Source: Vulcanimicrobiota bacterium
Lineage (GTDB): Bacteria > Vulcanimicrobiota > Vulcanimicrobiia > Vulcanimicrobiales > Vulcanimicrobiaceae
Direction of reading: 5' to 3'
DNA: 26,992 bases
NCBI GenBank assembly: GCA_003133025.1
Contig: PKZK01000160.1
Span: 1,650 to 28,641, forward strand
A program made the translations under genes and the position numbers. Under the pieces are notes generated by a model. It searched no databases. It was not told the origin of the DNA and was given only the letters and a program-made list of their open reading frames with translations. The first letter of the stretch is position 1. Each line of letters opens with the position of its first letter. Positions 1 to 9,301 of the stretch are shown here, in pieces.

Positions 1-64
1 GAAGCAGCCGCGCGACAGAACCCCGCCCGCCACCACTAGCGCCCGCGCTGCGAAGCAGCCGCGG
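1..64. repeat. GCGAAGC-type mini-hairpin repeats (GCTGC-GAA-GCAGC) left of the long hairpin element
   Basis: GCTGCGAAGCAGC at 47-59; partial second copy GAAGCAGCCGCG at 1-12 cut by the window edge. Confidence 0.55.
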
Positions 65-104
65 AAGCGTAGACCAAAAAGCAACCCGCCCACCCCCAAC
101 GCGA

Positions 105-205
105 GGAGGTTCAGATTTTCGTCGGGGCGAGGAGCGGGGCGCCGATGTGTACTTCACGTACATGAGGCGCCCCGCGACGACGCCCCGGCGGAAATCTGGA
201 CCTCC
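105..205. repeat. ~101-bp long-hairpin interspersed element (REPIN/MITE-like), copy 1
   Basis: GGAGGTTCAGATTTTCGTCGGGGCG...CGCCCCGGCGGAAATCTGGACCTCC forms a 25-bp stem with 3 G-T pairs, plus inner stem GCGGGGCGCC/GGCGCCCCGC; homologous to 15394-15494 and 15585-15685. Confidence 0.85.
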
Positions 206-207
206 CC

Positions 208-1701
208 TCAATGAGGGGAGTATAGGTCGGCTGCGTTTATTGCTGCTATCTGCGATGCGCTCAGCGGTGCGATGTTGGCCGCGTAGGCGGAGTTGATCTT
301 GGCGATCCAGTTGTTGGCCAGCAGCGCGTAGCCCGTATCCGACGGATGGATGCCGTCGAGCGAGAAGAACCCGCCACCGTAGTACAGGAAGCAGCACTTC
401 GGGTTCGAGGGGAGCGGATAGTAGCCGCCGTTGGCCACGATCGAAGCGACGAGGGCGTGCGTGTCGACCAGAGCCGCACCCGTCTGCTTGGCCGCGTTGG
501 CAATGGCCTGGTTATAGGCGTTATTGTTCAGTTGCGTCTGCGCTGCGACGGCGTCGCTGAAATAGTCGCCGGCGATCAACTGAGCCGACTGCGCGGCCAA
601 CGCCTGTTGCAGGGGGATGCCGTTCTCGAGCGCATAGATCACCGCGCCCTCGATCTTCGCCGAACCCGAAAGCAGCAGGTAGGCATTGTTGCCCAAACCA
701 TAAGTCGAGAGCAGATAGGCCTGAGTCTGCGCCGCCAGCACTTGTGCTTCGGCTTGCGAAACGCCGTACGGCGCGAGCGCTTCCGTGAAGATTGCGGGCA
801 AATTGCCCACCTTGGTGTACAGCGCCGCATCGAGCACGTCGACCAAGTTGGAGATCGCGACCTTCGCACCCGCGCGCTGCAGCGACGTTATGACGTTGAT
901 CGTGTCACTCTGGAACTGCGATTGGGTGGTGGGCGGGAAGGCGCCGTTCGAATCGGCGTACTTCAAGAGGTCGTTCGAGCCGAGCCAAACCACCGCCAGC
1001 GTGGGCTTCAGGCTCACCGCCGCTTGGAGTTGCGTGACGCCCTGTCCGAAATTGGCGAGCACGGGCCAGAGGTTGACGTCCTCCGGCTGCACGATGCCGT
1101 TGAGCAGCAGTTCCTGCGGCGGCAGTCCGGCGCCGTTACACGGGGCGACCGGCGCTTTCATCACGATCGCTTCGCGCAGCGTCTGCCCGGGCACCGCGAC
1201 GTCGAGCGGCTTGACCGTCGGATTGATGCGCGTCGAGAGCGCGGTCGAAAACGTCGTAGCGACGGCCGCCGGTCCTTGACACGGCGCGACGATCGAGGTG
1301 AGGCCGCCGCTCGTGGTCGGCAGCAGAATCGAGCCCAGACCGGGCGGCGCCATCAGCGGCAGCGGCGAGTCGGGAACCGTGAGCGGGTTCGCGCCGCCGT
1401 TGGCTTGCGACCACAGGAGCGCGTAGTATCCGTGGCCCTGCGTGTTCGGCACATACGGAAACGGCGACTCCGAGCCCAGCGGGTTGGGCGAAATGTCGGC
1501 CCCGAGGAGCGCATCGCTCTGCTCTCCGGCCGTCAGGCTGTCGCCGACGCCGACGATCCTCGAGAGCAGCGGTCCGTTGCCACCGCCTCCCCCACCGCCG
1601 CCTCCTCCGGTGCTCGGCGTCGAGGAACTGCCGCCGCACGCCGCAAGCGAAGCGGCCAGCGCTGCTGCAGCGCCGGCACGGAGAAGGAAAATTCCTGACA
1701 A
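208..1701 (-). CDS. SGNH/GDSL-family hydrolase lipoprotein
   Basis: TTG start with AGGAG SD; lipobox LAAC; Gly linker; motifs VGDSLTAG, WLGSNDL, DGIHP. Confidence 0.88.
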   Translation of the reverse strand: MSGIFLLRAGAAAALAASLAACGGSSSTPSTGGGGGGGGGGNGPLLSRIVGVGDSLTAGEQSDALLGADISPNPLGSESPFPYVPNTQGHGYYALLWSQANGGANPLTVPDSPLPLMAPPGLGSILLPTTSGGLTSIVAPCQGPAAVATTFSTALSTRINPTVKPLDVAVPGQTLREAIVMKAPVAPCNGAGLPPQELLLNGIVQPEDVNLWPVLANFGQGVTQLQAAVSLKPTLAVVWLGSNDLLKYADSNGAFPPTTQSQFQSDTINVITSLQRAGAKVAISNLVDVLDAALYTKVGNLPAIFTEALAPYGVSQAEAQVLAAQTQAYLLSTYGLGNNAYLLLSGSAKIEGAVIYALENGIPLQQALAAQSAQLIAGDYFSDAVAAQTQLNNNAYNQAIANAAKQTGAALVDTHALVASIVANGGYYPLPSNPKCCFLYYGGGFFSLDGIHPSDTGYALLANNWIAKINSAYAANIAPLSASQIAAINAADLYSPH

Positions 1702-1774
1702 AGCTGACTCCTAGGGCGGAGGACGGATTCACGCGCTGTTCGCCGGATTCCGCCGTCGCCCCGCCGCCTGGGCG

Positions 1775-2284
1775 TCAGTGCAGCTTGATCAGAATCTTTT
1801 CGTCGGCAACCTGGCTCGCCGGAGCAGGCGCAGGTGCAGGCGCAGGCGCGGCTTCGCGCCGTGAAAGCGATTCGGCCCGCGCGGCTTCGAGATCGGCATC
1901 GCCGATCGAGCCTGCCGTGCGCTTCGCGCGGTAATCGTCGATTGCGGCACGCAGCGCGGCCAGCGAGCGGCCCGGATAGTCTTTCTTCTTCTCGGGATAG
2001 CCGTCGAGTTGGGCTTCGATGTCGGCTTCGCTGATCGCGTAGGCTTCATCGATCGTCTTGCCCTGCGCCAACTCCACGAGCAGGCTGCACGTCGCGGTTC
2101 CGAAGCCGCAGCCCGTCGTGAAATACGACACGTCCTCGATGACGTCGCCGGGGCCGACCTTCAGATAGTAGGTGTACATGTCGCCGCAGGAGTCGCTGAA
2201 ATACTCGCCGCTGGCCATCGGGCGATCCATGGTGCGAAAACCGGTCCGCTGCTCGACCAGAACTTGAAACTTGGCGAAATTCAC
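1775..2284 (-). CDS. Atypical IscU/NifU-N-like Fe-S scaffold protein
   Basis: SCGD, TTGCG, GKTIDEA, AL-AAI-DY match the U-type scaffold fold; start taken at GTG 2284 after GAGG. Confidence 0.8.
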   Translation of the reverse strand: MNFAKFQVLVEQRTGFRTMDRPMASGEYFSDSCGDMYTYYLKVGPGDVIEDVSYFTTGCGFGTATCSLLVELAQGKTIDEAYAISEADIEAQLDGYPEKKKDYPGRSLAALRAAIDDYRAKRTAGSIGDADLEAARAESLSRREAAPAPAPAPAPASQVADEKILIKLH

Positions 2285-2313
2285 GTGCTCGATGACCTCA
2301 TGGGCTTGGAACC

Positions 2314-2943
2314 TTAGCTGGCTTTGATCTCGAACCGGCAGGCATCGCCACCGGTTGCGAGCGACTCGACCTGCGTGCTCTCCGCAGACACCGTCTCGCG
2401 GAGCACGGTGTGGATGATCGAGCACACCTCGGGATGTTCGGAAACGGTCTTTGCGTAGGGGCAGTTGTGCTCGCGCAATTCCACCGCGCCGCCCACTTGA
2501 ATCACTTCGGCCTCCACACCCTGCTCGCGCAGGTAGGTAGCCACCTCGTGCGCGCGACCCTGTGTGTCGGAGGCGCCGACGCGCTCGCGAACCTTTGCCG
2601 CGGCGCGCTTGCCGATTCCCTGGATGACGCTCGACAGAGCCTCCGCGCCTAGGGTCTCGCGAACCTCGCGCAAAACCGCGTTGAGCATCCGGTCGTATTG
2701 CTGCGGGAAGAGTTCTTCCGCGCCTGCCGTGAGGGAATACTCCAGGGTCGGTTTGGTCCGGCCGCGGCGAACCGCCCGCTCGGCGACGTACCCGTCTCGC
2801 TCGAGGGCGAGCAACTGCTGGCGCACCGCGTTCGTGGAGAGGCCGAACTCGCCGGCCAGATCGACGGCCGACGCCGCATGGCGCCGGCGTAAAGCCGACA
2901 CGATCTTGCCCCGCGTGCTTTGGAAAAAGCGAGCCTCCTGCAT
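2314..2943 (-). CDS. sufR: SufR-like ArsR-type HTH regulator of Fe-S assembly
   Basis: N-terminal wHTH (TRGKIV..AVRQQLLALERDG..GRTKP); C-terminal Cys HNCPY, VCS, ACRF; divergent from suf operon. Confidence 0.8.
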   Translation of the reverse strand: MQEARFFQSTRGKIVSALRRRHAASAVDLAGEFGLSTNAVRQQLLALERDGYVAERAVRRGRTKPTLEYSLTAGAEELFPQQYDRMLNAVLREVRETLGAEALSSVIQGIGKRAAAKVRERVGASDTQGRAHEVATYLREQGVEAEVIQVGGAVELREHNCPYAKTVSEHPEVCSIIHTVLRETVSAESTQVESLATGGDACRFEIKAS

Positions 2944-2954
2944 GACTGCTTCAG

Positions 2955-2983
2955 ACGTTAGCACGATACAGGAAGATAGTCCA
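2955..2983 (-). promoter_or_regulatory. Putative sigma70 promoter for sufR
   Basis: Minus strand TGGACT-17 bp-TAACGT with extended -10 TG. Confidence 0.5.
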
Positions 2984-2991
2984 TACTTTCC

Positions 2992-3021
2992 TTGACTTTC
3001 TACCCCCGGGCCCGGTAACAT
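2992..3021 (+). promoter_or_regulatory. Putative sigma70 promoter of suf operon (likely leaderless sufC)
   Basis: TTGACT-18 bp-TAACAT ending 6 nt before the GTG at 3028; no SD. Confidence 0.6.
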
Positions 3022-3027
3022 CTCACG

Positions 3028-3804
3028 GTGAGCGAACAGCGCGGACTTCATATCGAGGGCCTGCGGGCCGGCATCGAAGGCAATGAGATCCTCAAAGGCA
3101 TCGACCTCCAAGTCGAGCCCGGAAGCGTCCATGCCCTGATGGGCCCCAACGGCAGCGGCAAATCGACGCTGGCCTTCTCCTTGGCAGGGCACCCGAACTA
3201 CGCCGTGAGCGCGGGTTCGGTCAGTCTCGACGGGCAAGACTTGCTCGCCCTCGCGCCCGACAAGCGCGCAGCGGCCGGGCTGTTTTTGTCCTTTCAGTAC
3301 CCGGCCGCGATCCCGGGCGTGTCGGTGGCCAACTTCATCCGCAGCGCGCGCCAGGCGATCCGCCCCGGCGACCTGACGCCGGCGAAGTTCCGCAAGCTGA
3401 TCTTCGAGCAACTCGACGTGCTCGACATGGATCCGGCCTTTCTTTCCCGCTACGTCAACGACGGGTTTTCCGGCGGTGAAAAGAAGCGGCTCGAGATGCT
3501 GCAGATGGCCATGCTCGCGCCGAAGTATGCGATCCTCGACGAGACCGATTCGGGCCTCGACGTCGACGCGTTGCGCTCGGTCGGCAATGCCGTCAAAGCC
3601 CTGCGTGAAAGTGAAGCGGGCCACGAGACGGGCTTTCTGATCATCACGCACTACCCGCGCATCCTCCAGCACATCACCGCAGACCGCGTCCACATCATGA
3701 TGGACGGCCGGATCGTCCGTTCGGGCGGCCCGGAGCTCGCCAACGAGATCGAGCGCTCAGGATACGACAAGATCCGCGAAGAGGTCGCGGGTGGCATCGC
3801 TTAG
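3028..3804 (+). CDS. sufC: Fe-S cluster assembly ATPase SufC
   Basis: MGPNGSGKST, GFSGGEKKR, ILDETDSGLD, IITHYPRIL. Confidence 0.97.
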   Translation: MSEQRGLHIEGLRAGIEGNEILKGIDLQVEPGSVHALMGPNGSGKSTLAFSLAGHPNYAVSAGSVSLDGQDLLALAPDKRAAAGLFLSFQYPAAIPGVSVANFIRSARQAIRPGDLTPAKFRKLIFEQLDVLDMDPAFLSRYVNDGFSGGEKKRLEMLQMAMLAPKYAILDETDSGLDVDALRSVGNAVKALRESEAGHETGFLIITHYPRILQHITADRVHIMMDGRIVRSGGPELANEIERSGYDKIREEVAGGIA

Positions 3805-5035
3805 CGCCCGCGCGCCCGAAGCGCTCGGTGTCGGCAAGGCGGCCTTAGAAGCGCTATTGGAACGGCGCGGACCCGGAGCGTTGCCGGCCGAGAGCCGGCG
3901 CGACGCGTTGGCCCGTTTCGAGGAATTGCCCCTGCGCCGCACGATCCGCTCGAGCCGCGGCTGGAAACGCGACCTCGAGAAGGTCGACCTCGCAGCGGTC
4001 GACGCAGCGGCAGCCGGTGACGGGTGCGTCGAGATCGCCCTGCCCGCGGCCGCGGCCGCGCTCGGTGTGATCGCGACGAGCTTCGAGCGTGGCGCAAGCG
4101 AACATGCGGCGCGATTCTCCGCCGCACTCGGTAGCGCCATCGACGGCCGCGACGATAAGTTCGCGGCGTTATCGCTCGCCTTCCAAAATGCCGGCGCGTT
4201 CGTCTTCGTTCCGGCGGGCGTGCGTCTCGACGATCCGATTTCGATCACCTACACCGCGCCTGCGGGCGGACTGTTTCCGTACACGCTGATCGTGCTCGAG
4301 CACGGCGCCGCCGCGACGATCGTCGAGCGCGTCGAAGGCGCGAGCGGAACGTTCGTCGCCGGCATCGGCGAGATCGTTGCGGGCGAGCGCGCGGAAGCGC
4401 GCGTGGTGAGCCACCAGGCGTTGCCCGACGATGCGGTGAGCGTGGCCTCGCGCAGCGCGACGCTTGGCGCGGGCGCAACGCTGGCCTTTGCCCTGGCGGA
4501 ATCCGGCGCGGACTACGCCGTGGACCGCACGCGGGTATTTGCCAACGGCCGCGGCGCGAACGCCGAACTCAGCGTCTTCTTCTTCGCCGACGGCAAGCGT
4601 CACATCGACGTCGAGAGCGAGGTCGTCCACGTCGCACCCGACACGACGTCGCACACCGTGGTGCGCACCGCCGGCACGGGGCGCGGCCAGGGCCGGTACG
4701 TCGGCACGATCCGCATTCTGCCCGACGCGCACGGCGCCGACGCTTCGCTGCGCGACGACGCGCTCTTGCTCTCCAAGGAAGCACATGTCGATTCGGTGCC
4801 GGCGCTCGAAATAGCCGCCAACGACGTCAAAGCGTTTCACGGCGCGACGGTCGGCGCTATTTCCGAAGAAGAGTTGTTTTACGCGCAGAGCCGCGGCATC
4901 GCGCGCGCCGACGCCGAGCGCATGATCGCGCTCGGTTTCTTCGAGCCCGCGCTGTCGCGTTTCCCCGGCGAAGCCTTGCGCGATCAGCTCCGCGAACAGT
5001 TGGCCGGACGCTTCGGCGAGCGAGTGGACGCGTGA
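3791..5035 (+). CDS. sufD: Fe-S cluster assembly protein SufD
   Basis: SufBD beta-helix; DSVPALEIAANDVKAFHGATVG, LFYAQSRGI; operon position. Confidence 0.9.
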   Translation: MASLSARAPEALGVGKAALEALLERRGPGALPAESRRDALARFEELPLRRTIRSSRGWKRDLEKVDLAAVDAAAAGDGCVEIALPAAAAALGVIATSFERGASEHAARFSAALGSAIDGRDDKFAALSLAFQNAGAFVFVPAGVRLDDPISITYTAPAGGLFPYTLIVLEHGAAATIVERVEGASGTFVAGIGEIVAGERAEARVVSHQALPDDAVSVASRSATLGAGATLAFALAESGADYAVDRTRVFANGRGANAELSVFFFADGKRHIDVESEVVHVAPDTTSHTVVRTAGTGRGQGRYVGTIRILPDAHGADASLRDDALLLSKEAHVDSVPALEIAANDVKAFHGATVGAISEEELFYAQSRGIARADAERMIALGFFEPALSRFPGEALRDQLREQLAGRFGERVDA

Positions 5036-6288
5036 TCCTCGAAACCGCCACCGGCCGCCGCGCGGCCGAGGTCGCGCGCGACTTTCCGATCCTGGCGGAC
5101 CGCACGTCGACGGGCAAACGGCTGACGTATCTCGACTCCGCGGCGAGTTCGCAGAAACCCCAAGCGGTGATCGACTCGCTCGTGCACTATTACGCGCACG
5201 ACAACGCCAACATCCACCGCGGCGTGTACGAACTGGCCGAGCGCGCCACCGCCGAGTTCGAAGGCGCGCGAGAGAAGCTGGCGCACTTCGTCAATGCCGC
5301 CGAGCCGGCCGAGATCATCTGGACGCGCAACACGACCGAAGCGATCAACCTGGTCTCGTTCAGTTGGGGCCTCGAAAACCTCCGCCCGGGCGACGCGATC
5401 CTCACCTCGCAACTCGAACATCATTCGAATCTGGTACCGTGGCAATTGCTCGCGGCCAAGACCGGCGCCGAGTTGCGCTTCATCGAGGTCGACGCGCAGG
5501 GGCGCCACCTGCTCGACGATCTCGATGCGAAGCTGCGCGGCGTGAAGCTGGTCGCGATTTCGCATGTGTCCAATACGCTGGGCACCATCGCGCCGCTCGC
5601 GCGAATCATCCCCACCGCGCATGCCGCCGGCGCCGTGGTGCTGATCGATGCGGCGCAGTCGGTGCCGCACATGCCGGTCGACGTCCAAGCGCTCGACGTC
5701 GACTTCTTGGCGGCGAGCGGGCACAAGATGTGCGGTCCCACGGGCATCGGTTTCCTGTACGGGAAGCGCGCTTTGCTCGAAGCGATGCCGCCGTTTTTGA
5801 CCGGCGGCGATATGATCCGCTCGGTCGAGTACACCTCCGCCAGCTTCAACGAGATCCCGTGGAAGTTCGAGGCGGGTACCAGCAACATCGCCGACGCGAT
5901 CGCCCTCGGTGCGGCCGTCGACTACCTGAAGACGCTGGGCATGGACTGGGTTCGCGCGCACGAGCGCGAGCTGACCGCCTACGCTCTCGAACGTCTGCGC
6001 ACGCTCGAACCGCTAGGCATCGAATTGTACGGGCCGCCGGATCCGGCCGAACGGGGCGGCGTGATCTCGTTCAATCTCGGCGACGTGCACGCGCACGACC
6101 TGGCCTCGATCCTCAACACGGAGGGCGTCTGCGTCCGGGCGGGGCATCATTGCACGATGCCGCTGATGACGAAGATGGGCTGGCCGGCAACCGCGCGGGC
6201 CTCTTTCTATGTTTACAACACCGAAGAGGACGTCGAGATCTTGATCGAGGCGCTGCACAAAGCAGCCCGGATCTTCAAGCTCGCCTGA
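5032..6288 (+). CDS. sufS: Cysteine desulfurase SufS
   Basis: YLDSAASSQKP, ANIHRG, SGHKM (PLP Lys), RAGHHC (catalytic Cys). Confidence 0.97.
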   Translation: MILETATGRRAAEVARDFPILADRTSTGKRLTYLDSAASSQKPQAVIDSLVHYYAHDNANIHRGVYELAERATAEFEGAREKLAHFVNAAEPAEIIWTRNTTEAINLVSFSWGLENLRPGDAILTSQLEHHSNLVPWQLLAAKTGAELRFIEVDAQGRHLLDDLDAKLRGVKLVAISHVSNTLGTIAPLARIIPTAHAAGAVVLIDAAQSVPHMPVDVQALDVDFLAASGHKMCGPTGIGFLYGKRALLEAMPPFLTGGDMIRSVEYTSASFNEIPWKFEAGTSNIADAIALGAAVDYLKTLGMDWVRAHERELTAYALERLRTLEPLGIELYGPPDPAERGGVISFNLGDVHAHDLASILNTEGVCVRAGHHCTMPLMTKMGWPATARASFYVYNTEEDVEILIEALHKAARIFKLA

Positions 6289-6291
6289 CCG

Positions 6292-6705
6292 ATGGACGAT
6301 TTCTACAAAGAGTACATTCTCGACCACTACCGCAACCCGCGCAACTTCGGTGAACTCGAACGCTGCGACCGGTCGGCTGAAGACCTCAACCCCCTCTGCG
6401 GCGACAGGATCCGCTTCGAACTGCAGATCGAGGACGGCGTCGTAAAGGACGTCCGCTTCTCGGGCAAGGGCTGCGCGATCAGTCAGGCCTCGGCCTCGAT
6501 GCTCTCGGAGGATATCAAAGGATTGCGGGTCGAGGAAGTCGCGCGCCTGCCCGTCGAGACCGTGCTCGAGAACGTCGGCATCGGCATCAGCCCCGCACGG
6601 ATGAAGTGCGCCACCCTCGGACTCAAGGTCATCAAGAGCGCGGCGCTGGGCGAGATCGCCTCCTGGCCCGACGACGCGACGGCCGCCGGAAACGGATCGC
6701 GCTGA
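6292..6705 (+). CDS. sufU: SUF system NifU-family sulfur-transfer/scaffold protein
   Basis: ILDHYRNPRN, NPLCGD, GCAISQASAS, RMKCA; directly after sufS. Confidence 0.92.
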   Translation: MDDFYKEYILDHYRNPRNFGELERCDRSAEDLNPLCGDRIRFELQIEDGVVKDVRFSGKGCAISQASASMLSEDIKGLRVEEVARLPVETVLENVGIGISPARMKCATLGLKVIKSAALGEIASWPDDATAAGNGSR

Positions 6706-7049
6706 ATTTCGCCGACGCCTGCCTGCGGCTCGCAGGCTGCATCGTGCTCGAGGCCTTGGCCCTGATCGTTTGGAACATCGGCACCCGCTCGCCGCGCGCG
6801 CTTCTGCGCGACGTGGCCGCGGCGGCTCGCGAGCCGCGTGCCCTCTTTGCCGGATTGCTGAGCCTGGTCGTCGGGCTCGTCTTCGTCGCGGCTGCCACGG
6901 TGTTGATCCTGCCCGCGCTGCCCGACCCCGATTCAGAACTCGTCCCGGTCGAAATTTTCACGTTCATCGTGGCGCTCGGCATCGAACTGCTCATCGGCGA
7001 GGACGTGCGCCGGCTCGCCGCCGGACGCTCCCGGCCGGGCTCCGCCTAA
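6702..7049 (+). CDS. Small hypothetical membrane protein (start uncertain: CTG 6702 or GTG 6744)
   Basis: Three hydrophobic segments; CTGA overlap with sufU stop. Confidence 0.6.
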   Translation: MNFADACLRLAGCIVLEALALIVWNIGTRSPRALLRDVAAAAREPRALFAGLLSLVVGLVFVAAATVLILPALPDPDSELVPVEIFTFIVALGIELLIGEDVRRLAAGRSRPGSA

Positions 7050-7071
7050 ACGCTCGGAGTACGGTGAGTTC

Positions 7072-7533
7072 CTAGGCCTGGGGCCGTCCGGCGATGCACA
7101 CGTTCTGCACGTCGTACGCGGTGAGCGCGATCCAGCGCGGCGCGCCGTGATCGCGAACCTGAAAATATACGATGCGGTTGTCGGCGCCCGGCTTCGCCTC
7201 CGGCACGGCGAGGGCGTCGACGCGCACGTAGCCGTCGCTTTCCCCGAGCGCCTTCGCCGTCACGGGAAGCGCCAAGAGTTGATCGTTCCAGTGTCCGATC
7301 GCCCCGGTTGCCGACCGGACCTCGCGCTCGATGGCGCCGGCATCGCGATGCAACGGCAAGAGCTTGTCGTCGGTCGACGTCATGACCGCGGCCAGGCCCG
7401 TCGCGCGCGGCGCGGTGTTCGTGCCGGTGCAGAACGAATCGATCTTCGCGGGCAACACGATGATCGGCGTTTTCGCGCCGCTGCATGCCGTCACGAGCGA
7501 GATCGCAACGGCAAGCGCGGCGCTCGAGCGCAA
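7072..7533 (-). CDS. Hypothetical lipoprotein
   Basis: TTG start gives MRSSAALAVAISLVTAC (lipobox); immediately downstream of the secretin gene. Confidence 0.7.
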   Translation of the reverse strand: MRSSAALAVAISLVTACSGAKTPIIVLPAKIDSFCTGTNTAPRATGLAAVMTSTDDKLLPLHRDAGAIEREVRSATGAIGHWNDQLLALPVTAKALGESDGYVRVDALAVPEAKPGADNRIVYFQVRDHGAPRWIALTAYDVQNVCIAGRPQA

Positions 7534-7549
7534 AGCGGGAATCGGAAGA

Positions 7550-9076
7550 CTAATGCGGCGTGACCACCGGCGGGATGGTCGGCACCGGCGCCGGGCCGCC
7601 CGCCACGGGGCTGCGGTGCACGATGTACGGCGTGACGACGACGTACAGATTCGTCTTCGAGTGCGTCGAGGTGTAGTAGCGGAAGAACGCACCGATGAGC
7701 GGCAGATCCCCGATGAACGGGACTTTCTCGAGGCTCTTGATCTCGTTGTCTTGCAACAGGCCGCCGATCACGAACGCTTCGCCGTCTTTGACGGTGGCCG
7801 TCGTGTAGGCTTGGCGCTGACTGATCTGCGGCGCGCCCTGCACCATTCCGGTGACGCTCGAGACTTCGGAGAAAATGTGCGAGGTGACGTAGCCGTCGGA
7901 GCTGACGCGGGGCTGGATCTGCAAGCTCACGCCGACGTTCACGTAGTTGACCTGTTGCGAGGTCAGCGCGCTCGAGCCGGTGACGACGACTTGGGTGATG
8001 ACCGGGATGGCGTCGCCGGTCAGAATCGAGGCTTGCTGCCCGCTCTGCGCCAGAATGCGCGGCTTGGCGATGATCCGGCCGTTACCGTTGATCACCTGCG
8101 CGTAGATGTTGGCGGCGAGATTGATCGAGCCTTGACCCGTGTTCAGGCTCCTGATCGCGTAGGTCGTGCTGCCGAACACGCCGCCGTTGGGCGAGTATTC
8201 GATGCCCGCATTGCGCGAAGCGGTATCGTCGAGTTCCACGATCTGCGTCTCGAGGATCACGCTCTCGACGGGCACGTCGACCTTCTCGATCAGCGCCTTG
8301 TATTGCGCGATCACTTCCGGCGTGGCCGTCAAGATGACGGCGTTGAGCCGCCGGTCGACCGCCACGGTTTCGTTGAGGCGCTGCGCGGTGCTCTGATTTT
8401 GGCCGAATCCGCCGCCGAACGAGTTGAAATTCTGTTGGGGCTGCACGCCGCCGCCGCCGCCGAAGGTGCCGCCGAACGTGCCGCCCAGGGTGCTGGCGCC
8501 CAGGCTCGCGGGCTGCGGATTGAAGGTATCGTTCGAGGCGACGTTCGCACCCGAAACCAGGAGTCCGGCGACCTCACTGATGTCGGCATACTTCAGAGGA
8601 ACGACTTCGGTGATCGTGCCGGCCGGAGGTCCGGCGGGCTGGGGCGGGGTGAAGGCCGCGCGATTTTCATAATTCGGCTGTACGACGTCGACGAAGATCG
8701 TCGATGGGCCGCCCCGGCGGATGCGAACCTGGACGCCGGCTTGATTGAGGTGGAGCGAAACGCTCACCGCGGGGCCGGTCTGGAGCACCGTAACGCTCAG
8801 CAACGGCGGAATGCCGGCGATCGACGGTGCGACGCCCGGGCCGACCGTGGCGCCGTCGAAGATCACCGAGGCCTCGGTGGTGCCGAAGCCGAGTGCCCGA
8901 TACGTGGGGGAGGCGCCCGCAAACTGGATCGAAATAGCCGCGCCTCCGCCCGGTTGAGCGTCGACGCGAACGGCGATCATGTTCACCGCCGCCAGCGACG
9001 GCGCGGCGGAGAGCCCGACGAGCGCGACGAGCAACAGCAATGCGGCAAGCACGCGACCGGGTTGCGGAAACGACAT
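7550..9076 (-). CDS. Secretin (GspD/PilQ family outer-membrane channel)
   Basis: Signal peptide; N3-like VVPLKYAD and VDRRLNAVIL; secretin motifs AKPRILAQSGQQASILTGD, VKDGEAFVIGGLL, KVPFIGDLPLIGAFFR, VVTPYIV. Confidence 0.92.
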   Translation of the reverse strand: MSFPQPGRVLAALLLLVALVGLSAAPSLAAVNMIAVRVDAQPGGGAAISIQFAGASPTYRALGFGTTEASVIFDGATVGPGVAPSIAGIPPLLSVTVLQTGPAVSVSLHLNQAGVQVRIRRGGPSTIFVDVVQPNYENRAAFTPPQPAGPPAGTITEVVPLKYADISEVAGLLVSGANVASNDTFNPQPASLGASTLGGTFGGTFGGGGGVQPQQNFNSFGGGFGQNQSTAQRLNETVAVDRRLNAVILTATPEVIAQYKALIEKVDVPVESVILETQIVELDDTASRNAGIEYSPNGGVFGSTTYAIRSLNTGQGSINLAANIYAQVINGNGRIIAKPRILAQSGQQASILTGDAIPVITQVVVTGSSALTSQQVNYVNVGVSLQIQPRVSSDGYVTSHIFSEVSSVTGMVQGAPQISQRQAYTTATVKDGEAFVIGGLLQDNEIKSLEKVPFIGDLPLIGAFFRYYTSTHSKTNLYVVVTPYIVHRSPVAGGPAPVPTIPPVVTPH

Positions 9077-9301
9077 GCGAAGCCTATCTTTCCTCGGGCC
9101 CGCCGGGACCTCCCAGGCCGACCGGGCTTCGGGGTTCCTTTAAGTCGCCGCTAACCATAGCCGGAATGAGGCGCCATGAAAGGGAAAACCCTCGAAGCCC
9201 ATAACCGGAAAATCTTTTCATGCCGATGTCCGCGGACTCCGTGGGAGGGCCGCGACGCCATACATACCACGCAACCCTTCGCTCGAGCACAAGGAGTCCC
9301 C

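Noticed and set aside
1578..1850. Poly-Gly (1578-1610) and APAPAP (~1820-1850) DNA repeats
   Set aside because: Ordinary low-complexity protein linkers
2944..3693. 459-aa version of the regulator
   Set aside because: Extension is antisense to sufC; HTH similarity starts at ATG 2943
7331..9154. Long antisense ORFs (also 346-1698, 12414-13718, 16850-18127, 22196-23668, 26001-26957)
   Set aside because: Shadow frames of real genes in high-GC DNA; no recognisable motifs
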